Of a DNA stretch of 64,000 bases, positions 9,334 to 19,843 are shown piece after piece (position 1 is the stretch's first letter; every line of letters begins with the position of its first letter). Under the pieces are notes generated by a model that was given only the letters and a program-made list of their open reading frames with translations, ran no database searches and had not been told where the DNA came from. The DNA is from a virus (taxonomy: Duplodnaviria; Caudoviricetes). The position numbers and the translations under genes were made by a program. The stretch is taken from positions 1-64,000 of the IMG/VR virus record IMGVR_UViG_3300014204_000012, one strand, 5' to 3'.

Positions 9334-9828
9334 TTATTTGTACAGTTGATATTGTATTTGCCCTATATCAAACACCTGCGTTGTATCAAGTGATATATCA
9401 GGATTTACATTAAACCGGAAGAACCTGTACGCTTTTGCAGACGAGTTATCGAATATAAGCGTGGTGTCCCCCGTAGTTCCTGCCCATGTTTTTGTTAGCA
9501 CCGTAGTCCAAGACGCATCATCATAGAAGTATTTAGCTTCTAAGGTGACGGTGACACTCGGAGTTCCGGCAAGACTATCCAAATCCATTTTACCGTATCC
9601 TTTCAAGGCATCATACAGGTTATCAACACAGAATGTATATGTCCATGTGGAATCATCCTGGCTGACAGTCTGCGTCGCCCCACCGTTAAGTTGGAAGAAC
9701 GTCTTGTTCCTGTTAATATCAAGTTTTACATCAAACAAGGCATCCACATTCTTAACAGTATAGATTGTCTGCCCCAATGAAATCAGAGCAGACAATACAA
9801 AGATCAAAGAGAATAATACCTTTCTCAT
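9334..9828 (-). CDS. Signal-peptide-bearing beta-rich protein (164 aa) coupled to MCP
   Basis: MRKVLFSLIFVLSALISLG|Q: basic N-terminus, hydrophobic core, Gln at +1. TAATG overlap with the MCP stop. Confidence 0.7.
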   Translation of the reverse strand: MRKVLFSLIFVLSALISLGQTIYTVKNVDALFDVKLDINRNKTFFQLNGGATQTVSQDDSTWTYTFCVDNLYDALKGYGKMDLDSLAGTPSVTVTLEAKYFYDDASWTTVLTKTWAGTTGDTTLIFDNSSAKAYRFFRFNVNPDISLDTTQVFDIGQIQYQLYK

Positions 9829-11234
9829 TATGCACCTGTTCCGGAATCACCGGTGTTACGAACAAGAATAGTCTGTTGCATATACACCCAGATAGGCATA
9901 ATTTCAGTCATAGCATAGAAACGGATTCCGTCGTATGCGTTGGTAGCCACCGGATACATATTGCTCACACCCGGAGAAGGAACGATAACCCTTCTGCGAT
10001 TTTCTCCCTTACCCACGGGATAACCAATGGTTAAGTGCGGTAAACGCAAATCTTCACGAACTCCACCAACATCAAAGGTGACCTTATGTTCTCCCTGTGG
10101 GAACATGAACCCGTAGTTACCAAGACCGTAATCAGCGATACCATATTTTGCCGGGTTTGACAAAGACGACAGTTCAATGATATTGAAGTTTACGGAGTTC
10201 ATAAACACCTTGTTCACGTTGAACCCAACTTCACTCACCTGATCATAGAAATTGTGACCCTGTGAATACGTGGTCAGGAAGTCACGCATTGACTTGTAAA
10301 TCTGCGTATTCAAAAGACCACCAACGAAGAAATCAACATTCTTATTACCTACACCAACGGCTTCCAAAAGTGGTTTCACAGATTCAAAACTGTCTTCGTC
10401 AAATGCTGAACTCCAGGTCAATTCCTGACCCAGTAACGCCATAGTCTTAATCAGACCGGCAGCAGATGGAATAGCAACAGCGGTTCCACTGAAGTTTGAA
10501 GTTGCAGTAAGATTCGATGTATTGGTGTTTGCCTCACCTAAGAGTAAAGCGGCATCAAGTTGGCTATCCAGACGGAAGTCCATATCAACAATGGCACGGC
10601 TGAGAATACCTTTTGATCCATTCGCCATTTCCACATCCTCGTAATCCTGTTGGAATATCTGACCACCTTCAACACCGAAGGTTTCCTTCATAATACGATT
10701 ACTTGTGGTTCTGGTGAAATATCCGGAAGTCATACCTTCAGGTTGTGCAGTTCCATACCCCCACGAACTGGCTCCAATCATCATGGAACATTCAGTAATA
10801 GGACTTGGAATAGTTGCGGTCACATCGTATGCCGTAGCAGTCCACACACCGGCACTGGCCTCAATAAGACGCAATGCAATAGGAGTGGTTTTGTTGGTGT
10901 ATTTTGCCGGTACAATTAAGTCAAACCCTGCACGCAGATACGGTTCATCCAATACGTTCGGAGTGATAGCAACACCAGTGATAGGAGCAGAGGCATCAGC
11001 CGCAATAGCAACACGAACTGCCATTTCCGGTGCGCCTTCCTCGATAATAGTCAAAGAACGGGTGGTTACGTCTTTGGTTTGACCCGCAAGGTGAAGGAAG
11101 TTAAAAAGACCCAACAGGTCTCCGTACCTCTTAATAACCTTTCCATAGGTCTGTGGTTTACGGGCAACATCATAGATGGAAGCAATATTGTTATACTCCC
11201 AATTGCCACCAATAAGTTTTTGTGTTAAAGCCAT
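9828..11234 (-). CDS. Major capsid protein (468 aa), crAss-like HK97 fold
   Basis: Position portal-scaffold-MCP, size and composition; family motifs not checked by search. Confidence 0.8.
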   Translation of the reverse strand: MALTQKLIGGNWEYNNIASIYDVARKPQTYGKVIKRYGDLLGLFNFLHLAGQTKDVTTRSLTIIEEGAPEMAVRVAIAADASAPITGVAITPNVLDEPYLRAGFDLIVPAKYTNKTTPIALRLIEASAGVWTATAYDVTATIPSPITECSMMIGASSWGYGTAQPEGMTSGYFTRTTSNRIMKETFGVEGGQIFQQDYEDVEMANGSKGILSRAIVDMDFRLDSQLDAALLLGEANTNTSNLTATSNFSGTAVAIPSAAGLIKTMALLGQELTWSSAFDEDSFESVKPLLEAVGVGNKNVDFFVGGLLNTQIYKSMRDFLTTYSQGHNFYDQVSEVGFNVNKVFMNSVNFNIIELSSLSNPAKYGIADYGLGNYGFMFPQGEHKVTFDVGGVREDLRLPHLTIGYPVGKGENRRRVIVPSPGVSNMYPVATNAYDGIRFYAMTEIMPIWVYMQQTILVRNTGDSGTGA

Positions 11235-11247
11235 TTTAAATCATTTT

Positions 11248-12303
11248 TTAATAGTTACCGAATATTCTGTCAATAACAGCATCCGGTGATGTATCTTCCG
11301 CATCATTCGTGTTATTTCCGCTACCCAACGGGGCTTTCGCACCGTATTTCTCCCGATAAATCTCTTTGTACTTTTCTTCCTTCACGGAATCAACATACTC
11401 GATAATTTTATCAAGATTGCGTTCTAACAACTTCGTGCGTACAGTAGCAGCCACTTTTTTCCCCGTTTCCTCACTGGGTTTTACACCTGCGGAAATAAGT
11501 TCTTCCAAAACCTCATCTTCCAAACCCTTCCGCATTTCCTCAGTGACAACGAAGTCCACACCTTCCGCTAATGAAAGCTTGTCAATTCCCTTAACAATTT
11601 CTCCCACCGGGGAAGACCACGTTTCTTTTAACGATGTTCTTGCACTCGAATAATCAACCTTCTCCGGTAACTTTATACCCGAGAACAACCCATTCAAACG
11701 ATCTTTGGCCGCCTTAGCATCTACCTTTAGCTTGTTTACTGTTTTCTGATCCCATTCACCCGGGTCTGCATCTACTATACCGTATTTGTCTGCTAACAGT
11801 TCCTCAACACCGGCTACCCCGCCTACTATGTCTTGGTTGTTTACATACAAATCAATTTTCAACGCATCCCAATCAGAAAGGGATTTTACTTTTCCAGGAC
11901 TCAACTTTTCGAGAACTTCCACGACCTCTGGTGTGAACTCCTTTGCCTTTTTAATCAAAAACTGATTCCGAATAAATTCGTCGTCATTCGCAAACCAATC
12001 TCTGGGATTAAGGTTTGTGTTAACCAAAGTTGAAAGCTCTTCGTTTTTCTTTACTACTGAACTTAATTGCAAATTCACATCGTCAAACTTACTACCCTTT
12101 GCAAGATAGTCCTTCAGTTCATATTCGTCTTTCAACACTGAACCATAGGTCTTATTAAATTCTCCGATGTCTAATTTCCAACTTGGCACACCCGGTTCCT
12201 GCTTAGGCTCCGGTGTTACTTCTGTGCCCACTTTCTCCTCTGGCTGACTGGTATCAGCAATCGGTGTTGTTTTCTCTTCTGCGAGAATGTCATTTATCAA
12301 CAT
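11248..12303 (-). CDS. Acidic scaffold-like protein (351 aa)
   Basis: Glu/Lys/Asp-rich, helical, between portal and MCP. Confidence 0.55.
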   Translation of the reverse strand: MLINDILAEEKTTPIADTSQPEEKVGTEVTPEPKQEPGVPSWKLDIGEFNKTYGSVLKDEYELKDYLAKGSKFDDVNLQLSSVVKKNEELSTLVNTNLNPRDWFANDDEFIRNQFLIKKAKEFTPEVVEVLEKLSPGKVKSLSDWDALKIDLYVNNQDIVGGVAGVEELLADKYGIVDADPGEWDQKTVNKLKVDAKAAKDRLNGLFSGIKLPEKVDYSSARTSLKETWSSPVGEIVKGIDKLSLAEGVDFVVTEEMRKGLEDEVLEELISAGVKPSEETGKKVAATVRTKLLERNLDKIIEYVDSVKEEKYKEIYREKYGAKAPLGSGNNTNDAEDTSPDAVIDRIFGNY

Positions 12304-12319
12304 TGTGATTATTTTTTTA

Positions 12320-12327
12320 CAAAGATA
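12320..12327 (-). promoter_or_regulatory. -7 element TATCTTTG
   Basis: caaagata, 16 nt upstream of ATG 12303. Confidence 0.6.
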
Positions 12328-12346
12328 TATGTTTTAACTTTTTCAC

Positions 12347-14752
12347 TTAAAAACCCTCACCCCCGGAAGGTGACACCGGGGCAGTATCCTGTTTGGGTGC
12401 TGGCATACCCCCCTGCTGTGGCTGTTGCACTGGCTGTTGCTGTGGCTGTTGCTGTGGAACTATCATCCCTATTGCCTGTTGAAGTTGTACCTCACCCTTT
12501 TCGTATGCCTTTTCAATTATACTATTTATAGCCGCCTTATTCGATATGTCAATGGCTGTCCTCGTCTTTAACATTTCGGTTTCACTTTCAATCTGTGATT
12601 TCAACACTAATGACTGCTGTTGTATTTGTGCGTTCAGTTGTTGCATTGACTTTTCTTTTCGTTCTTCCTGTGCCTGTGCTTTTCTGTTCGCAAAAGCCAA
12701 TAACTGAGCCACACGTTTCAATGAATGACCTTCCTGAATCATTGCCTTAAACCTCACCGAATCAGCTTCCGTTATCCCCACCTTACCATCACGACCATTC
12801 TTCAATGATAGGTTTATGGTTTCTACCAAATCACGGATTTCCTGTTCTGTGGGTCTCACACGGGTACGTATGCCATACTGAACGTCGTGTCCTTCGGCTA
12901 TCTTCAACAATTCCAAGTTTGTTTCTCCAATAACACTTGCATACGCTTTCTTTGCCACCGGATACTGCCTTACCACCGCCTGTAATCTCAAACACATGGC
13001 ACGTGCTGTATCCGATTTCAGTATGTTGGTCTGTTTAAGAATACCACTCAGAATATCATTCGTGGCACCCATCGCAAACTCTGTCACCGCCTTCCCCGTG
13101 TCCGGTGCTGGTGTAGAACCTAACCACACCGGGTCTATACCTGTCAGGTCTTTAATCAACCCCAGTGCCAACGACATACTATCCCGTGCCTCAATCATTA
13201 TGTTTCCGGCACCTCCCGCAATGGGTTCTATTGTCCTGCTCTGTGAATATCCTAAAGTCTGTACATTCTTATCACGCCTGAACAAAATACCGGTCTGCCT
13301 CCACATCTTTATGATTTCAAGTGGAGTGAGTTTCTTATTCCCCAGATTCAGGTTTTCAATAGCACCAAGTTCAATACTGAACCCGTTTAACGACGCCATT
13401 GCCAAACCCTGTTGCATCTTCAACCACGCATTTTGAAACATATCCAGTGCTGGAATTAGACGTGGTAACAACGGTCTACCAACTACCTTAACAGCATGAA
13501 TAGGTAATTCCACTTCGGATTCACCATCTCTGGGTTGAACATCCATCATGCCGTAGTCGTAAATCATATCACTATCCACAACCCACGATCCCTCCATGAC
13601 CACCTTAACACTTGTAACGAGTTCTGTGTCCCGTTTACCAAGTTTCATCCTATCTTCTTTGGGGAATGTTACCTTTCTGCCGAACTTGTTTTCATGTTGG
13701 ACTTCTTTTTCGTGTAATAGGTCTATCCACTTTACATGAAACACCGGGATCAGGTAGTTATCATAGAAGTTTGAATACGCATTGGAATTAATCTTATTGT
13801 CCTTATTCCAATCATCACACAGGGGATTACCGTACTTTCCATCAAATTTCTTACACATGGATTTCAGGTCTTCTTCCTTGAACCCGTGTTGCCTTAAATC
13901 ACTTACCTTTTCAAAGGTCAGGTAAAAACCATAGTCGGGTTTGTTGTATCCACTTTCTTTGTTATACTGCACACCGGCATACTGCGGATCAAGATAACCA
14001 CACGTGACCCTCCCCGTGGTTTTGTTGTAAATATCCCGCACTAAGGCAAACCCGTTTACAGTCAAGTCAAAGATTATCCTGTCCTGAATGTTCTCATCCC
14101 ACCGTGATTCAGAAAATGCAGCCTTCAACAACATTTCCTGTGCTATGGAATAGTTTAATTTAAAACCACCCTCGGCATCATAAAGATTGAGTTCTTCCAC
14201 ATTCTCCGGTACGAAACCAAGTTCCTGTTGTGGTAATCCCACCATCGCCCGAAGTGCAGAAAACATATTCTGGAATTTTGAATCAACGTATGTTCCCCAC
14301 TTTACTGTTTCCTTTACGTCTCCGCTATACTGATCCACGGCATCCACGGATACAATGTTCACACTTGAACCCAGTTTGCTTACAATGGCATCAATGACTT
14401 TCGGCATTGGCGACATTATATTCTGATTTATGTTTAGGTAAGCACGCCTCCTACGTTTTTTACCATCAACACTATCCACAACGATCCCCGTGGATTCTTC
14501 TTTGCCGAATAGCTGCTCCTCATACTGCGTGGAATCCTGTTTACCGTATGCGTATGATCTATAAGTGGCAACTTTACTATATAGATCACCGGAAATATAA
14601 GTCGTTCCATTCAGGTAATCAGAATAAACGGAACGCACGTAATCAAGACAATACTTTTTATCTTTTTTTTCAGTCGGTGACACTCCCTTGTCATTCCTGT
14701 CCGGTGGATTGAATTTCCCCTTTGGGTAATCCGACTTAGCAAAATCAAACAT
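12347..14752 (-). CDS. Portal protein (801 aa)
   Basis: Directly downstream of terminase; size and Q-rich coiled C-terminal barrel typical of crAss-like portals. Confidence 0.85.
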   Translation of the reverse strand: MFDFAKSDYPKGKFNPPDRNDKGVSPTEKKDKKYCLDYVRSVYSDYLNGTTYISGDLYSKVATYRSYAYGKQDSTQYEEQLFGKEESTGIVVDSVDGKKRRRRAYLNINQNIMSPMPKVIDAIVSKLGSSVNIVSVDAVDQYSGDVKETVKWGTYVDSKFQNMFSALRAMVGLPQQELGFVPENVEELNLYDAEGGFKLNYSIAQEMLLKAAFSESRWDENIQDRIIFDLTVNGFALVRDIYNKTTGRVTCGYLDPQYAGVQYNKESGYNKPDYGFYLTFEKVSDLRQHGFKEEDLKSMCKKFDGKYGNPLCDDWNKDNKINSNAYSNFYDNYLIPVFHVKWIDLLHEKEVQHENKFGRKVTFPKEDRMKLGKRDTELVTSVKVVMEGSWVVDSDMIYDYGMMDVQPRDGESEVELPIHAVKVVGRPLLPRLIPALDMFQNAWLKMQQGLAMASLNGFSIELGAIENLNLGNKKLTPLEIIKMWRQTGILFRRDKNVQTLGYSQSRTIEPIAGGAGNIMIEARDSMSLALGLIKDLTGIDPVWLGSTPAPDTGKAVTEFAMGATNDILSGILKQTNILKSDTARAMCLRLQAVVRQYPVAKKAYASVIGETNLELLKIAEGHDVQYGIRTRVRPTEQEIRDLVETINLSLKNGRDGKVGITEADSVRFKAMIQEGHSLKRVAQLLAFANRKAQAQEERKEKSMQQLNAQIQQQSLVLKSQIESETEMLKTRTAIDISNKAAINSIIEKAYEKGEVQLQQAIGMIVPQQQPQQQPVQQPQQGGMPAPKQDTAPVSPSGGEGF

Positions 14753-14763
14753 ATTTTAAAGGA

Positions 14764-14830
14764 TTTTAGACACTGTTTCTGCAAAGGTATATATTTTATC
14801 AACTTCGGGCAGAAAGTGTCACCACGGGGC
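14764..14830 (-). repeat. Dispersed ~70-bp quasi-palindromic element, copy 1
   Basis: GACACT..N36..AAAGTGTC arms; contains the portal -7 element TACCTTTG (14782-14789). Confidence 0.7.
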
Positions 14831-14850
14831 TGTGGTAGCATGTAGGGGGG

Positions 14851-17166
14851 TTACCACACGTCTATGTAGTCTTCTTCTTCGTAATTTGTCTCCTCCGTTT
14901 TTATCAAACTCGTGTATTGGCTCTTGGCACCCATCAACGCCAACCCGTGTGCCGCCAATCGGTCATACGATCTCATCTCTTCCATACCACGAATATCCTT
15001 ACATTCCTGTAAAAATGGATAAAAGTCTTCGTGCATACCCCGACCTGCAATATAGTCACGTAGTAAATTGAATAAAGTATGTTTTGAACCCTCCAAGTTG
15101 AATACACCGGGTTTCTCCTTGACTTTCCCTGTTCCTATCTCTAAATCATAAAGTAAATAACCACCAAATCCATTACGGATAAAATATTCATACGTGGTGG
15201 GTTCGTTGGTCTCTGGGTACACCATGCCCCCACACCAAATAGCAGTCATTAAAACGTCTTTGTTGAACTCATCGGTATTCCTAACACGATACCGGTATGA
15301 TAAAATGAATTTATAAGTTTGCCAATCATCAATAGATTTTCCCTTATCCACGGTTTCATCATAATTTAACAACGCCGCAATACCACCATCGGAAAGACGA
15401 CTGCCACTACCTGTCTTTTGTAGTTTAATATTTGCCTCCTGTTTATTTGCAAACCGGAATGGGTCAACACCGATTGTTATTATACCCGGATTCTCGGGTC
15501 GGTACATCGGCACGTATTCACCTGCAAATGTGGAATAATAATTGGCAATGATTTTTCTATTTGACGTGGACTTTGGTGGAAAACCAGATATTAACCACCT
15601 GCCATTTTCTTCATCATCTTTCCAACCCACATCACCACCATAAACATCCCTCACAAAATATAAATTTCCCCTGCGTACATTAGACCCCCTACGCAGTTCT
15701 GCCATACGCGTGTCTATGATCTGCATATCGAATCCAATATCACCGGATTCACCCAGAAAACAATCCATGTACTGCATTGGAAATAGTTTCCTTAATTCCC
15801 TATATTTTTCCAATGCGGTGATACTTCCGTCTTTCAACAGGGCATCACGTTCTCCCTGTAAATAAGCATCTGCCGTCTGGGTAAAACCTTCCTCTTTTTG
15901 ATAATCTAACACCTCACCAATTACGGGCATCCCATAGCTATCAATAAATCCATCAACTTCTTCTGCTGCTGATCTGAATAAACGGAACAACCCAGAAAAC
16001 GTCTGACCGCTTGATCCTATTCTTCTATAAAACTTTGATGTTTCACATAAATGACGGAAAGATGAAGAACCTGCTGCCATTTCGTCAACAGTGGATGGAT
16101 GTTCTGCATAACCATGTATTAACATTCCATTTCCCTGAGACAAACAGTTCTTTATAATATCCCACCGTTTCAAAATTTCCTCAGTAATTTTCCCCTCTTC
16201 ATCCAGAAGTGCAAACACAAGTTTCTTCCCATCATAAAATCCCGGTGACATAGTTGTTGCATACGATATTTTAGTGTGCAATCCATCTCCTGTGTAGTCT
16301 GTCTTAGAAATATCAAACTTAATTTCATCAGAACTCCTACCAGACACAGTATATGGTTTAAAAAATATCGGCAATGAATTATAAGAAGCAAGCATTTTGG
16401 ACTTGAACTGTTCAGCAGAGTGATCTCCGTTATAGGACATAAAACCAAATCCATCTGTACCAATGGTTCTCGTCACAACCTCCTCCCCATCACTCATTCC
16501 CTCATTCGTAAATCCCCCTCGTCTGTTTTTGGGCATTATTGGGCCATAACAAAGTCTCCTACCAAGATGTTTCATCTTAAATGTACCATCTGATTCCGGA
16601 ATTGCATAACCATCTTCATCAAGTTTTGCAAAAGTTTCATCGGTAGTATAACAATATTGCCTAAATAAGAACCTTTTTCTTCCAGCATCACGGTAATCCG
16701 GATAATAAATACCCTTGTCTGTATCCATTTTCCAGAAGTTCAAATACATGAAATGCCACCCGGTTATGTACGTGGGTTTTCCATTATTGAAAAACCAATA
16801 CCCGTTTATCCGATGCCACCACATTCTTTTTATCCACGCAATTTCTGTGGTAAATTGGGATTTCCGGTCTTCAAGCATATTCCAAAACCTCTTTTGGATT
16901 TTGTAATACGTGACCACTTTGGTTTTATCTGAATCAAATTCATTCTGTAATGAAGTCAACGCCTCCTCCTCCAACAATACCAACCTACGTGGTATTTCCG
17001 TTCTCTTAAACCGCTGTTCCCTGTGTTGCAAACCAAAACCATCTATAAAAGAATACCCCGGAGGTTTTGGCAACCGGAGTACCATTGGGATAAGGTCTGG
17101 ATCATTGTCATTTACGACAACGTATTTATCGGAATCTAAATACTCACTCGTCTTCGGGTGTTGCAT
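14851..17166 (-). CDS. Terminase large subunit (771 aa)
   Basis: Walker A-like PKNRRGGFT, Walker B LLDEEGK, nuclease ITIGVDPF...DRLAAHG. Confidence 0.9.
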   Translation of the reverse strand: MQHPKTSEYLDSDKYVVVNDNDPDLIPMVLRLPKPPGYSFIDGFGLQHREQRFKRTEIPRRLVLLEEEALTSLQNEFDSDKTKVVTYYKIQKRFWNMLEDRKSQFTTEIAWIKRMWWHRINGYWFFNNGKPTYITGWHFMYLNFWKMDTDKGIYYPDYRDAGRKRFLFRQYCYTTDETFAKLDEDGYAIPESDGTFKMKHLGRRLCYGPIMPKNRRGGFTNEGMSDGEEVVTRTIGTDGFGFMSYNGDHSAEQFKSKMLASYNSLPIFFKPYTVSGRSSDEIKFDISKTDYTGDGLHTKISYATTMSPGFYDGKKLVFALLDEEGKITEEILKRWDIIKNCLSQGNGMLIHGYAEHPSTVDEMAAGSSSFRHLCETSKFYRRIGSSGQTFSGLFRLFRSAAEEVDGFIDSYGMPVIGEVLDYQKEEGFTQTADAYLQGERDALLKDGSITALEKYRELRKLFPMQYMDCFLGESGDIGFDMQIIDTRMAELRRGSNVRRGNLYFVRDVYGGDVGWKDDEENGRWLISGFPPKSTSNRKIIANYYSTFAGEYVPMYRPENPGIITIGVDPFRFANKQEANIKLQKTGSGSRLSDGGIAALLNYDETVDKGKSIDDWQTYKFILSYRYRVRNTDEFNKDVLMTAIWCGGMVYPETNEPTTYEYFIRNGFGGYLLYDLEIGTGKVKEKPGVFNLEGSKHTLFNLLRDYIAGRGMHEDFYPFLQECKDIRGMEEMRSYDRLAAHGLALMGAKSQYTSLIKTEETNYEEEDYIDVW

Positions 17167-17836
17167 TTCCTACAAATCTGATTGGTTCTATTTGATAATC
17201 CCCGTATGGATTGTCTTCTTCAAGTTTACTACCGGTTAACAACCTACTGGCGTAATCCTCCGGTCTCAACTTTAATCTGGTTTCCTCAACCCGGTAATAT
17301 AACTTCTGTTTGAATAATTCTGTTTCTTCGGATAAACCAAACACCCGATCCGACAACTGATCAAGTCTGTTATTTATCAAAGACACCGACTTGATTTCGT
17401 TTACATCACCGGTTCTGCCACCCAACGCATCCAACGTGTACTTTAACAGCATTTCACTCAAGTACACAATTTCTGTCCACACCGGGTTATGAACATACGC
17501 CACGTAGTCCACAACGGCATTTACGAACTCCTCATTCTTACCCAGCAACAAACCGTCGTAACAGGATTCAAAATATGTCTTGCCGTCTTTTTCGACTGTC
17601 CTGAATCCTGATGCCTCACCTGCCTCGTACTTCTTTGCCCACAATCCGATGTCTTTCATTTCAGCAAAGGGACTACGGGGATCATAGAGTAACACAATGA
17701 ACGTGTACACAGCTTTCTTCCCCGGTAACACAAAGTCCCTCTTTAATCCCGGTATCTTCGCCTCAATGTCCCTAACAAACCAGTTTGACATCGGGTTGAA
17801 TGGCAGTTTGCGTAAATCAAGGTCTTTAATGTTCAT
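17144..17836 (-). CDS. Hypothetical protein, terminase small subunit candidate (230 aa)
   Basis: Overlaps the TerL start; position only. Confidence 0.4.
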   Translation of the reverse strand: MNIKDLDLRKLPFNPMSNWFVRDIEAKIPGLKRDFVLPGKKAVYTFIVLLYDPRSPFAEMKDIGLWAKKYEAGEASGFRTVEKDGKTYFESCYDGLLLGKNEEFVNAVVDYVAYVHNPVWTEIVYLSEMLLKYTLDALGGRTGDVNEIKSVSLINNRLDQLSDRVFGLSEETELFKQKLYYRVEETRLKLRPEDYASRLLTGSKLEEDNPYGDYQIEPIRFVGNATPEDE

Positions 17837-18231
17837 TTATTTAATAATTCAGGATTTTCATAAATATTTCCGATAACCTCAGCCCATTCTTCTGGTTGTA
17901 AAATCTCGTAATCTGTTATAAAACAAATTAAGTATTTTAATTCACGCAATGCCCACCCTGCATTTTCCCAGCATACAGTAAACTTTCTTTCTTTGATAAT
18001 ATCACAGTCCGGGTTTCCAACAATAATATCCCCATCATAAATTTCAATTCCATTCTTGTCCTTTAATCCGGTGTATTGGCCTAAAGTATCAGTTCTTATA
18101 TATTCTATTTTTTTACCATCTATACACTGAATAGAATCAATTTCATTGTCTGAATATACAGAATGTGGTAATCCAATAATCCACCTATCTGTTCCCGACA
18201 TTATTGCCCTAAACTTAATTTCTCTGTTCAT
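17833..18231 (-). CDS. YopX-family protein
   Basis: MNREIKFRA..GQYTGLKDKNGIEIYDGDII..EVIGNIYENPELL; start at ATG 18231 (ATGA overlap). Confidence 0.8.
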   Translation of the reverse strand: MNREIKFRAIMSGTDRWIIGLPHSVYSDNEIDSIQCIDGKKIEYIRTDTLGQYTGLKDKNGIEIYDGDIIVGNPDCDIIKERKFTVCWENAGWALRELKYLICFITDYEILQPEEWAEVIGNIYENPELLNK

Positions 18232-18524
18232 TTTTTGTATGTATAAGGGAACAAATAACCTACATTCGACCACCGAGAAAAACAAGAATCCACTATAAGA
18301 ACCCTACCTGTTTCTGGATCAATGTCCTTAATTATTACAACAGTTTTATCACCAAGCATGTTTTTAAAATAACAACGGTCTCCAACAGATGGGTTTTTTC
18401 TCCATTTTTTAGTTTTGTAATAACGGATAGGCAACACCACAATACAATACGGAGAAGATACTACATAATAAACAAAATCTAAAAACAACCCAAACAAATT
18501 TATCAGTAATTCTATAAGTTTCAT
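18228..18524 (-). CDS. Hypothetical protein with hydrophobic N-terminus (98 aa)
   Basis: ORF track; coupled to YopX. Confidence 0.55.
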   Translation of the reverse strand: MKLIELLINLFGLFLDFVYYVVSSPYCIVVLPIRYYKTKKWRKNPSVGDRCYFKNMLGDKTVVIIKDIDPETGRVLIVDSCFSRWSNVGYLFPYTYKK

Positions 18525-18602
18525 CTTATTTATTATTAGTTGATTATATTACGTTTTAATAAATAATTATTGTAGTTAACTACACATATATCACAGTTAG
18601 CG

Positions 18603-18848
18603 TCAAGTTTGCCAGACATGATTACACTCCATGCACTGATGTACGTTCCTCCCATCTTCCTGCCATTTATCTGATTTACATTGAGGGCAAACCAGACCGA
18701 TAACACTATGTAAATTTAATTCTTTAACCTTACTCTCGTGGTAAGCATTAGCATATTCTTGTATGGTCTCCCAGTAGTGTGTTGGCACAGGGCAGTCCAT
18801 ATACTCATTTGTTGGAAACTTTTTTAACATAAATTGATTTACTGTCAT
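18603..18848 (-). CDS. Small Zn-ribbon protein (81 aa)
   Basis: CPQC...CMEC. Confidence 0.6.
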   Translation of the reverse strand: MTVNQFMLKKFPTNEYMDCPVPTHYWETIQEYANAYHESKVKELNLHSVIGLVCPQCKSDKWQEDGRNVHQCMECNHVWQT

Positions 18849-18895
18849 ATTCGTTCTTTTTATTCGGTTAAATAACTAAAAGTTACATCTGTTCG

Positions 18896-19843
18896 TTAGT
18901 GTACCACTTTCCCATTTATAATCCGCATGTTCTCCACCTGAAACAACTCACCATCGGTCTCCACAATCGCAAACCCATGATTCCACTTATTATACGGATC
19001 ATAGTCAGCATACAGATTACATAAACACCCGGTTGACCAACATGTAACAACCTTTTTATCCAAGTTTGGTTCAGTGTGTGAAGATGTCCTGTGAAAATGT
19101 CCAATCAGAGCAGACTTATGAGTATAAAGATACAACGATCTTGACGGGTTAACACCACCAGACCTCATACCAAGTTCGTGACCATGCAAAATAGGAAGAC
19201 TTCCTGCCTTTATGATTCTTTTGTCCTTAACACAATCTATACCAAGTTCTGGTAATCCCAATAGGTCTTCCACGTGGAACAAATCGGTCTGAAACAACAA
19301 CGGTGCATTTTGCATCATGTAGATTTCCACACGGTCGTCATGGTTACCTATCTTGTACACAATTTTTGCCTCTGGAAGTTCTGACATCAACCATTGTAAA
19401 AATTGTTTAGTGTAACCAATCTCAGCTTTCCAATCTACCCTTCGTGGGTCTTTAAGGAACTTGCTTCCAGCATACCCATCCATTATGTCACCGTTCAAAA
19501 CAACAGTGTTTACTCCAACATAATTTCCGTAATTAACAGCAAGACTTATCGCATTGTTATCATGAAACGGAGCGTGAACATCAGATAACACCAGAATTTT
19601 GTTATTCACAACGGGAAGAACATATGGCGAATAATCACGACTTTCCTCCGGTGGCAACAATGGAACATTTACGGAATTGTGCCTACTTCTTTCACCATCC
19701 GAACCCATATACCACCGTACTCGTTTCCTTGCGTTCTCCAAGCTAATAAACAAATCCGGCCTGTCTTTAAAAAGTTCCTTCGCAATTTTCTTCTTTGAAA
19801 GTGTAGTATATTTCTGAATGTACTCTAAAACAACTTCTCTCAT
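18896..19843 (-). CDS. Calcineurin-like metallophosphoesterase with N-terminal HTH-like segment (315 aa)
   Basis: SDVH, NGDIMD, GNHD, HGHE, GHFH motifs. Confidence 0.85.
   Translation of the reverse strand: MREVVLEYIQKYTTLSKKKIAKELFKDRPDLFISLENARKRVRWYMGSDGERSRHNSVNVPLLPPEESRDYSPYVLPVVNNKILVLSDVHAPFHDNNAISLAVNYGNYVGVNTVVLNGDIMDGYAGSKFLKDPRRVDWKAEIGYTKQFLQWLMSELPEAKIVYKIGNHDDRVEIYMMQNAPLLFQTDLFHVEDLLGLPELGIDCVKDKRIIKAGSLPILHGHELGMRSGGVNPSRSLYLYTHKSALIGHFHRTSSHTEPNLDKKVVTCWSTGCLCNLYADYDPYNKWNHGFAIVETDGELFQVENMRIINGKVVH

Noticed and set aside
12400-12470. GCTGTTGC-type short repeats
   Set aside because: They encode the Q/P-rich portal C-terminus; ordinary low complexity.
12347-17166. Inteins or introns in terminase/portal
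   Set aside because: Uninterrupted ORFs of ordinary size with no intein splice motifs or embedded endonuclease.
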